Virus record (IMG/VR): IMGVR_UViG_3300042922_000643
Coordinates: 124,001 to 188,000 of that record
Reading direction: 5' to 3' (one strand)
DNA: 64,000 nucleotides
Below, piece after piece: positions 57,967 through 64,000 of this stretch. The notes under the pieces are model-generated. The model did no database searches. It saw only the letters and a program-made list of their open reading frames with translations, and was not told the origin of the DNA. Numbering within the stretch: position 1 is the stretch's first letter; every line of letters starts with the position of its first letter. Position numbers and translations under genes: made by a program.

Positions 57967-58728
57967 TTAGGATTGAGACAATAGTTCTTCGAATGCGCGT
58001 TTTCCATTTTCATTGTATAGAAAGTTCTCTACTTGCTTATTAGCGTATCTAGCCTGATCAAGGATAATAATCCCGTTCAGTGGTGTCTTCAGTCCATGCA
58101 GATTAGCTAGACGACCAACCTTCTGCTTAGATATGCCTAGAGACTCAGCAATCTGTGTAGCGGTATAGCTCTTTGCGATTTGAGGCTTCGGTAGAGAAAG
58201 TGTAGGGATCGCTGTCTCCGCAGCCGTATTAGCAAGGAGCTGGATAGAAGGAGGACTCAAGATGCCTTGAAAGTTTGCGACCATTTGCATAAGAAGATTA
58301 GCTTTATCTATCCGAAGCTGCTCTTTCCTTACCTCTAGGTCTTCGTTCACGATTGGAGCATGAGGAGCCTGAACTAGACGTCCTTTACGGTACTCCTCAA
58401 TAATCTTCCATGTCCAATCCATGAACTGATTTGCCTTGGGCTGTCTGCTCCAACGACAGATCTCATACACACCCATAGAGCTATAAACATATGCCTCTCG
58501 CTCTACTGTGCGACCTCCTTCAACTTGGCTCAGTTTGAGCTGGGTTGAGAAGTGATTTAATCTATCCTCATATCTGGCATGTATATTCTTTATTGCAGTA
58601 CCTGGATTCGAATATCCTAAAGCTCTGCCGATTTGCTCACGAGTTAACCAGACCTCATGATCTCCTTCTGAAAAGAAATCACATTGTGCCTCTTCAAATC
58701 GCTCATTTCGTATAACTGATAATTGCAT
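57967..58728 (-). CDS. Bro-N domain antirepressor-like protein
   Basis: VWLTREQIGRALGYSNP...YSSMGVYEICRWSRQPKANQFMDW; C-terminal YTATQIAESLG HTH; ATG 58728 after GAGGAGG. Confidence 0.85.
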   Translation of the reverse strand: MQLSVIRNERFEEAQCDFFSEGDHEVWLTREQIGRALGYSNPGTAIKNIHARYEDRLNHFSTQLKLSQVEGGRTVEREAYVYSSMGVYEICRWSRQPKANQFMDWTWKIIEEYRKGRLVQAPHAPIVNEDLEVRKEQLRIDKANLLMQMVANFQGILSPPSIQLLANTAAETAIPTLSLPKPQIAKSYTATQIAESLGISKQKVGRLANLHGLKTPLNGIIILDQARYANKQVENFLYNENGKRAFEELLSQS

Positions 58729-59098
58729 CGTTACCCGCCTCCTCAATTGTGCAATCATAATATTTGACCTTATATGGAGGTCCGTATTTCTTTAGCCACT
58801 TCTTTTGGATGCGGCGATTCTTGGTCATTCTCTGACGGCTCTTTGGCATTCCTTTTTTTGAGATGATAATATCGAATGCAGGCATCTGCTCACCGAGCAA
58901 TTGATTCCTAAAATGATCTTGGTCATCCCACTTTACATTCGTCAAGGTAAAGCTTCTCGTGAAGCTGATAGGCTTATTACCTCCTGATACACGCAGTGGT
59001 TCATTCTCGATACTGATGGATTTAAGCTCGCCGATGGGTTCACCATTGAAGGTCGCTGTTATACTTTCGATCTCTCTATTCCCCCACATCTCAATCAA
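58703..59098 (-). CDS. Hypothetical phage protein
   Basis: 131-aa ORF in operon orientation. Confidence 0.5.
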   Translation of the reverse strand: MIEMWGNREIESITATFNGEPIGELKSISIENEPLRVSGGNKPISFTRSFTLTNVKWDDQDHFRNQLLGEQMPAFDIIISKKGMPKSRQRMTKNRRIQKKWLKKYGPPYKVKYYDCTIEEAGNDAIISYTK

Positions 59099-59246
59099 CC
59101 TCCCTATAAGTCAGAACAATTACATTATCCGAAGCAATAACAGAGATAACTTCAATTTCATCGCCATTTCTGTCCATCCACTTTTGGTACTGTACTGCTA
59201 CTGCATAAAAGCTCAATGTACTGTTGAACACCTCTACATTAATCAT
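59091..59246 (-). CDS. Small protein (51 aa, not in ORF track); weak resemblance to Cse60-like small proteins
   Basis: MINVEVFNSTLSFYAVAVQYQKWMDRNGDEIEVISVIASDNVIVLTYREVD after GAGGAGGGG RBS; family resemblance judged by eye only. Confidence 0.5.
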   Translation of the reverse strand: MINVEVFNSTLSFYAVAVQYQKWMDRNGDEIEVISVIASDNVIVLTYREVD

Positions 59247-59257
59247 AAAACCCCTCC

Positions 59258-59698
59258 TCAGCTAAATTCACGGTCCCACCAAAAGTAACCCTCTCCGTCC
59301 TGACGAACCCCTCGCTCACGCTGGTTCTGCTCCCCAGGCCAATCAATAAGATTACTCTTCAGCTCTTCCCAGGTCAGCACTCTATCGTACTGGTCTACGA
59401 TCTCATACTTAAACTGAGTATCCTTATAGAACCTTCTCAGTTCTTTCACCGATCTGAAGTTTTCATTCTCCTGAAACAATGGCTTCCATCCTACGGACCT
59501 TTTCCCTATGTGAATCATTTCACATTCATAGTAGGTATGCTCTCTGATCTTCCACTCAATTTCAACCAGATGCCTATCCACAATAACAACCTTCTTTAAG
59601 ATGTCCAAGGCTTCCCTGATCGCATAGTCTACTCTTTCGTCGTACTGAATTTTAGCAATGTAATCTTGTTTATTACGGAAGTAATAGTTCGTTCCCAC
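59258..59698 (-). CDS. Hypothetical phage protein
   Basis: GTG start (MGTNYY...) after GGAGGGG; IHIGKRSVGWKPLF motif seen in phage proteins. Confidence 0.6.
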   Translation of the reverse strand: MGTNYYFRNKQDYIAKIQYDERVDYAIREALDILKKVVIVDRHLVEIEWKIREHTYYECEMIHIGKRSVGWKPLFQENENFRSVKELRRFYKDTQFKYEIVDQYDRVLTWEELKSNLIDWPGEQNQRERGVRQDGEGYFWWDREFS

Positions 59699-59936
59699 AT
59701 CTTCCCCTCCTCTAAAAAATGCCGCGGTGATTACGCACAGATGTTTTTTGTCGTGCCATAACATACATTAACTTTCTTATCTCCACTATATTATATGAGG
59801 GCCAAAAATGCAACAATTTCCATAGGGGAAAATAAAAATAAGAAAAATTTTTTTGGGATGTAGTAAAACAGCGAGAGGGGTACCCCCTTCGTTCTGCCGC
59901 CCACCCCCTTCCTCACAACACTTCCTATCTAAGATG

Positions 59937-59950
59937 CGAACATATGTTCC
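59937..59950. promoter_or_regulatory. LexA (DinR/Cheo) box
   Basis: CGAACATATGTTCC matches the Bacillus consensus CGAACRNRYGTTYC at all positions. Confidence 0.75.
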
Positions 59951-60086
59951 ATTACTATATCAAAACCATTGTGTGGAAAAACCACGACAAGCTACTTATG
60001 ATGCTTTAATCCTGGGCTGAAACCGAGCCCACGGGGTATCTGCCAACAAGCCACAGACAGTGGATGAGGTGAAGGGAGCAATTAAA

Positions 60087-60485
60087 ATGACAAATCATGT
60101 ACAAATCCAAGCAATCCTAGAGGAAGTATTCGTACCTAAGAAGGTAGTAGATAGTATCACTACCTATATGGTACATGCAGGGAAAGATGTATTGCTTAAC
60201 CTTATTACTAATAATGAGTATGAGTATATCCTTGCTGATACTGAGCACAACACACGAGGATATGTAGCTGAGGATACGTACTTATTCAATATTACACCTG
60301 AGCAGTCTAGTGTAATAGAAGAGGCAGTAGATGCATACTATCAAATGATAGAGGATGAGATGGATGCTACCTATGATGACTCTGATGATGCGAAGATACA
60401 GCAAGACTCAGTAGCTCGTAGGGATGACTATGGGTATCGCGGCCCTGCTATGTACGACCCATCATTTGACCCATTCACTAATTAA
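60087..60485 (+). CDS. Highly acidic first gene of the rightward operon
   Basis: ATG after AAGGGAG; about 27 D/E versus 8 K/R in 132 aa (hand count). Confidence 0.65.
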   Translation: MTNHVQIQAILEEVFVPKKVVDSITTYMVHAGKDVLLNLITNNEYEYILADTEHNTRGYVAEDTYLFNITPEQSSVIEEAVDAYYQMIEDEMDATYDDSDDAKIQQDSVARRDDYGYRGPAMYDPSFDPFTN

Positions 60486-60509
60486 TCCATATAGAGGAGG
60501 ATACTAATA

Positions 60510-60755
60510 ATGAATACTAATACTGATCTAGTAACTAAGATTGGCCGTCTTACTATGCTTAACAATATCGATGAGGACATCCTTGCTGATGCATCTGAGG
60601 TGGGTAATATGGAGCTGGCTAGACTAGCTAGTCAGGCTATTGCTGATCGTACTAAGGAGATAGCAGCACTACAGGCACAGCTATCTGCAATGCTCATAGT
60701 AGAGGATATGCACCCTGTAGTAGGTAGGAGGCTAGCAGTAGTAAGGCATAGATAG
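60510..60755 (+). CDS. Hypothetical helical protein
   Basis: GAGGAGG RBS; 81 aa. Confidence 0.6.
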   Translation: MNTNTDLVTKIGRLTMLNNIDEDILADASEVGNMELARLASQAIADRTKEIAALQAQLSAMLIVEDMHPVVGRRLAVVRHR

Positions 60756-60807
60756 GTACTAATAGGTTGAAATAGGGGTGCTATAGGTCTATATAGGCCC
60801 CTATAGG
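60752..60807 (+). repeat. Six helically phased ATAGG pentamers
   Basis: ATAGG starts at 60752, 60762, 60772, 60783, 60793, 60803. Confidence 0.85.
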
Positions 60808-60873
60808 TGCGTAATGCGTACCCTGATGAGACCATCAGTCGTGGGTAATCCCCACTAAGGAGGATGTACATCT

Positions 60874-61161
60874 ATGAGTATCAAGATTAAGAAAGTCACA
60901 TCTATGAACACCTTTGCTAATTCTTTCTTCCGTATGAACGGGCTGATTCATGACGTAAAGACTCTAGTGGATAGCAAGGAGAAGTCAGCTGTTGCTGTTG
61001 CTCTTATTCAGCGTGAGGCTAGTCTACTGTGTATTAGTGATACAGTAGGTAAGGAGTCATTCAAGGCTATTATGAATGACTATGGATTCGACATCCGTTA
61101 TGCAGGGTCATCTGGTTATATCCTGCATGGTGATGTATATATTGCATTCCCACTACTATGA
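60874..61161 (+). CDS. Hypothetical protein
   Basis: AAGGAGG RBS; 95 aa. Confidence 0.6.
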   Translation: MSIKIKKVTSMNTFANSFFRMNGLIHDVKTLVDSKEKSAVAVALIQREASLLCISDTVGKESFKAIMNDYGFDIRYAGSSGYILHGDVYIAFPLL

Positions 61162-61176
61162 AAGGAGGTGATATGG

Positions 61177-61311
61177 ATGAAGCATGGGCTTAGGTTACTG
61201 GCATTCATTATTGTGGTCTTGCTGCTGTGGAAGTTCAAATGGTGGATTGTTACCATTGGCGGCATCGTTGTTGGCGCGTATCTTCTTAGACAAACCAAGG
61301 GAGGAAATTAA
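61177..61311 (+). CDS. Small two-helix membrane peptide (44 aa; not in ORF track)
   Basis: MKHGLRLLAFIIVVLLLWKFKWWIVTIGGIVVGAYLLRQTKGGN after AAAGGAGGTG. Confidence 0.65.
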   Translation: MKHGLRLLAFIIVVLLLWKFKWWIVTIGGIVVGAYLLRQTKGGN

Positions 61312-61312
61312 C

Positions 61313-61516
61313 ATGTACATTTACCGTAACCAAGAAAGAAGCCTACTTATGAGAAAGTCGTCTAGTGGAAAGCACCGCCTGTATCTGAATGATGCAGGTC
61401 AGGTATTTAAGATTCACAATTTCCAAGGGGGACTAGCCCATATCCAGCGTAACCTCTATGGGGTGCGCCGTGCTGTAGCTACTGTTAAATTACTGCTTGT
61501 TGCTGTACTGCTCTAA
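61313..61516 (+). CDS. Hypothetical basic protein (67 aa)
   Basis: ATG after GGGAGG; the ORF-track start at 61184 is over-extended. Confidence 0.55.
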   Translation: MYIYRNQERSLLMRKSSSGKHRLYLNDAGQVFKIHNFQGGLAHIQRNLYGVRRAVATVKLLLVAVLL

Positions 61517-61558
61517 TCTAAATTATCGGCTAGCAACCTACTGCTAGGAGGAATTCCT

Positions 61559-62086
61559 ATGTTTATAACTCGCGAGAAAGCTCTCGTAATCGCAAACAAA
61601 ATCATCTCTGTTCATGCACCTTTGATTCTGAAAGAGCTTGGTCTGGATCAAGAAAACGATGGGATATTAGATCGTATTACAGCAGTTTATAAGGAGGTGA
61701 CGCCTAAAGAAAACTATTGTGGAATATTCAATTATGTCGTAAGGAAAACAACGATTGGATTCTTTACCGATACTTACGAATATTTAGAAGGTACTGGGTC
61801 CATCGAAATCAACATGAAAGCTGCTTTTACTACAAAAACGAAGGAAGGAGTATACAAAACGTTTTGGCCATCTCAAATCCTTGGATCAGATAAGAAGTTA
61901 AAAGCTTGGGTCCTGTTTGCTCTTGCTCATGAGCTTCGTCATTATTGGCAATATGTGACTGGGGAAATATGGAGCAAATCCCTTCAAATCGATGGGGTTA
62001 GCCTCATGCCTTATGCATGGAGATGGGAAGAAACTGATGCTAATGAGTTCGCCTCTGCCTATGGGAAGAAGGTAGCAAAAGGATGA
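61559..62086 (+). CDS. HExxH zinc metallopeptidase (ImmA/IrrE/SprT-like)
   Basis: FALAHELRHYWQ...WEETDANEFA. Confidence 0.75.
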   Translation: MFITREKALVIANKIISVHAPLILKELGLDQENDGILDRITAVYKEVTPKENYCGIFNYVVRKTTIGFFTDTYEYLEGTGSIEINMKAAFTTKTKEGVYKTFWPSQILGSDKKLKAWVLFALAHELRHYWQYVTGEIWSKSLQIDGVSLMPYAWRWEETDANEFASAYGKKVAKG

Positions 62087-62205
62087 ACTTTATTAACTTC
62101 TGCGAAATGATCTTCGGGCGCTATCCGAATATGGATGGCGCTTTATTGTTGTCGATGTGTGACGTCGCCTACCAAGAGCTCTTAGAGGAGGAACAGGGAA
62201 TATGA
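62083..62205 (+). CDS. 40-aa peptide translationally coupled on both sides
   Basis: ATGA overlaps with both the upstream stop and the downstream start; MNFINFCEMIFGRYPNMDGALLLSMCDVAYQELLEEEQGI. Confidence 0.45.
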   Translation: MNFINFCEMIFGRYPNMDGALLLSMCDVAYQELLEEEQGI

Positions 62206-62402
62206 GGCATCCTATTTTCCAAGTTATCTCTGATGAGCGTATCAAGCAATCCCTTACTATAGGTGCTCTTGCTGACAGATCGGGTTTGCCTTGTTCACTT
62301 GTCATTCGCGCAGTCGTTACTGGAGAAGGAAACATGAATACCGTCATCACATTATTAGATACTCTCGGTTTTGAAGTCGAAGTCAAGAGAAAGGAGGTGT
62401 AG
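62202..62402 (+). CDS. XRE-family HTH protein
   Basis: ERIKQSLTIGALADRSGL...ITLLDTLGF. Confidence 0.75.
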   Translation: MRHPIFQVISDERIKQSLTIGALADRSGLPCSLVIRAVVTGEGNMNTVITLLDTLGFEVEVKRKEV

Positions 62403-62404
62403 TC

Positions 62405-62617
62405 TTGAAAACAGAAATCGCCAAATTAATAAGAGATGAACGTATTAAGCAAGGCCTGTCTATTCGCAGTTTAGCTGATAAGGCGGACTTGCATCACCCA
62501 CAAATTGTTCGCCTGGAACAAGGTAAGGGTGATCTTACCACTTTCGAAAAGACACTGGCGGTGTTAGGCTACAAACTTCAAGTCATCAAGACGAATGAAG
62601 AATCATCTGAAAAATAA
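62405..62617 (+). CDS. XRE-family HTH protein (tandem paralog)
   Basis: ERIKQGLSIRSLADKADLHHPQIVRLEQG. Confidence 0.85.
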   Translation: MKTEIAKLIRDERIKQGLSIRSLADKADLHHPQIVRLEQGKGDLTTFEKTLAVLGYKLQVIKTNEESSEK

Positions 62618-62633
62618 AGGAGAACTACCACTA

Positions 62634-62852
62634 ATGCATACAACTTCAATCACACCTAAATTCACAACTCTGCTCGATCTGCTAGAATCACAGCACGTTG
62701 CATGGGGCTTTTATATGCACGAAGAAAATGGAGAAGAGTCTGAACGCATCAAATTAACGAACATACCTAGTGATTACTTCTACAGAGATGAAGATGTTAA
62801 CGGTAAAGCTGTCTATTGCTTAGGCTTTATCCCTCAGTCGCTCGTAGCTTAA
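62634..62852 (+). CDS. Hypothetical protein
   Basis: ATG after AAAGGAG. Confidence 0.5.
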   Translation: MHTTSITPKFTTLLDLLESQHVAWGFYMHEENGEESERIKLTNIPSDYFYRDEDVNGKAVYCLGFIPQSLVA

Positions 62853-62894
62853 TCACGCATATAACTAAAAATATAACTATATGGAGGAATTACA

Positions 62895-63458
62895 ATGACT
62901 ACACCTACAAGACAAATGATGAACAAGGCTAACAAGATGAATGCAGAAGGAGCTAACAAATTCTTGGATTTCGAATCAATGATGTTCAACAACATGGAAA
63001 AGTATAAGAACACTGCTGTCGTGGCAGAGAATGCTCGTATGTATGCCTATGAGGAAGTCCTCAAGGAATGTGTACGTGAGATTCACAAGCTCAGTAAGGT
63101 TATCGACAAACAAAATCAAAAGATAGAGGAGTTGGTAAATAAGAACGATGTACTGGCTATGCGTCTCACTCGTAACAAAAACATCCTGATCGAGGAAAAG
63201 GTTACAGAGACAACCATCACGGTATCTTCTGAGCAACCTGATCGTCCTTTCGTTCGTGAATCTAAATGGACTAAGGATACGATCTTCCGCACGTTTGATA
63301 TCTACAGAAGAGATCACTATCTCTTTAGTAATATCACACCTGAGATTGTGCGGGACAACTGGAGATCAGTATACAACTACTGCAAGAAGTACACTGGTAT
63401 GACGCTTAAAGAGCTGCTCAGAGAATATGCTGATGAGCGGAATCTCAACTTTGCCTAA
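62895..63458 (+). CDS. Hypothetical protein: coiled coil plus C-terminal helical domain
   Basis: GGAGG RBS; same broad architecture as 56743-57393. Confidence 0.6.
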   Translation: MTTPTRQMMNKANKMNAEGANKFLDFESMMFNNMEKYKNTAVVAENARMYAYEEVLKECVREIHKLSKVIDKQNQKIEELVNKNDVLAMRLTRNKNILIEEKVTETTITVSSEQPDRPFVRESKWTKDTIFRTFDIYRRDHYLFSNITPEIVRDNWRSVYNYCKKYTGMTLKELLREYADERNLNFA

Positions 63459-63535
63459 ATGTTTACGACATGGGCCTGTATAGATATAGAAAGAGATAAA
63501 TAAAAACTAACCCAAATTAAAAGGAGACTATTTCA

Positions 63536-63799
63536 ATGGACAAAATTATTCGCGTTACTGCAAAATCAAACACAAATTCGGTTGCTGGGTATCTCGCAAT
63601 GGCTCTGCGTGAACATGGACGGGTTGAGATTCACGCTATTGGCGGGGGTGCTGTAAATCAAGGGGTCAAGGCTATTGCAATCGCTCGCGGATATGTTGCT
63701 CCAAGCGGTGTTGATTTGATTTGCATTCCTGCCTTTGATCACACAGAGATCAACGGTGAAAGTAAAGTCCAGATCAAGTTCATCGTTGAACCTCGCTAA
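63536..63799 (+). CDS. spoVS: Stage V sporulation protein S
   Basis: NSVAG...AIGGGAVNQGVKAIAIARGYVAPSGVDLICIPAF...IKFIVEPR closely follows B. subtilis SpoVS. Confidence 0.95.
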   Translation: MDKIIRVTAKSNTNSVAGYLAMALREHGRVEIHAIGGGAVNQGVKAIAIARGYVAPSGVDLICIPAFDHTEINGESKVQIKFIVEPR

Positions 63800-63869
63800 A
63801 TCGTACTTCGCTTATTCCCTAGCTCACACCTTATGTATACCTAAAATTAAAAATGAGGAGTGTTTATTC

Positions 63870-64000
63870 ATGCAAAGATTGCAAGGTATCGTGTCAGAAA
63901 TCCCTACCCCTCCAGTTGCTACTCCTGTTCAAGAAGAGAAAGCACCTATGCCTATTAAGCCTGCGCGGGAATTCAATGCTTATTCTCCGTACTCTTATGG
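63870..64000 (+). CDS. Partial CDS running off the right edge
   Basis: ATG after GAGGAG; MQRLQGIVSEIPTPPVATPVQEEK... Confidence 0.5.
   Translation, partial: MQRLQGIVSEIPTPPVATPVQEEKAPMPIKPAREFNAYSPYSY

Larger units (their letters stand above)
1..64000. mobile_element. Segment of a large contractile-tailed (myovirus-type) phage/prophage of a sporulating Bacillota host
   Basis: Contiguous terminase-portal-protease-capsid-neck-sheath-tube-chaperone-baseplate order on the minus strand; GGAGG RBSs throughout; SASP, spoVS and a Bacillota-type LexA box. Confidence 0.95.

Noticed and set aside
60823-60860. CTGATGAG resembling a hammerhead ribozyme core
   Set aside because: CTGATG pairs with CATCAG four bases later, and no downstream GAAA or stems II/III are present
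61184-61312. ORF-track 110-aa protein starting at 61184
   Set aside because: No RBS there; better explained as two genes (61177-61311 and 61313-61516), each with a strong RBS
1-64000. CRISPR arrays, tRNA/rRNA genes, IS transposases, integrase
   Set aside because: None recognised by eye; tRNAscan or CRISPR finders were not run

Overview
The whole window is part of a large myovirus-type phage (probably temperate) of a spore-forming Bacillota host. Positions 1-54.6 kb are one minus-strand morphogenesis operon. Read right to left it holds terS, four Gly/Ala-rich small proteins, terL, a metallophosphoesterase, a portal-MuF fusion, protease/scaffold, head decoration, major capsid and neck genes. 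It continues with two sheath genes, three tube paralogs, two chaperone paralogs, three giant proteins (2041, 2422, 2409 aa), baseplate and fibre genes. The main result is the 2422-aa protein (18350-25618). It carries the NADYDGD catalytic motif plus further beta'-like and beta-like double-psi-beta-barrel motifs, so it is a single-chain multisubunit-type RNA polymerase. It is fused to an N-terminal DEDDh exonuclease and encoded between the tape-measure-like and hub genes. Both flanking giants carry staphylococcal-nuclease folds. From 54.6 to 64 kb there are candidate small RNAs, an alpha/beta SASP missed by the ORF track, and spoVS. A divergence point near 59.9 kb carries a perfect LexA box. 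It is followed by a rightward putative early region with A/T-tract depletion, helically phased ATAGG repeats and paired hairpins. All assignments come from reading motifs by eye; no database search was run, so novelty is unverified.
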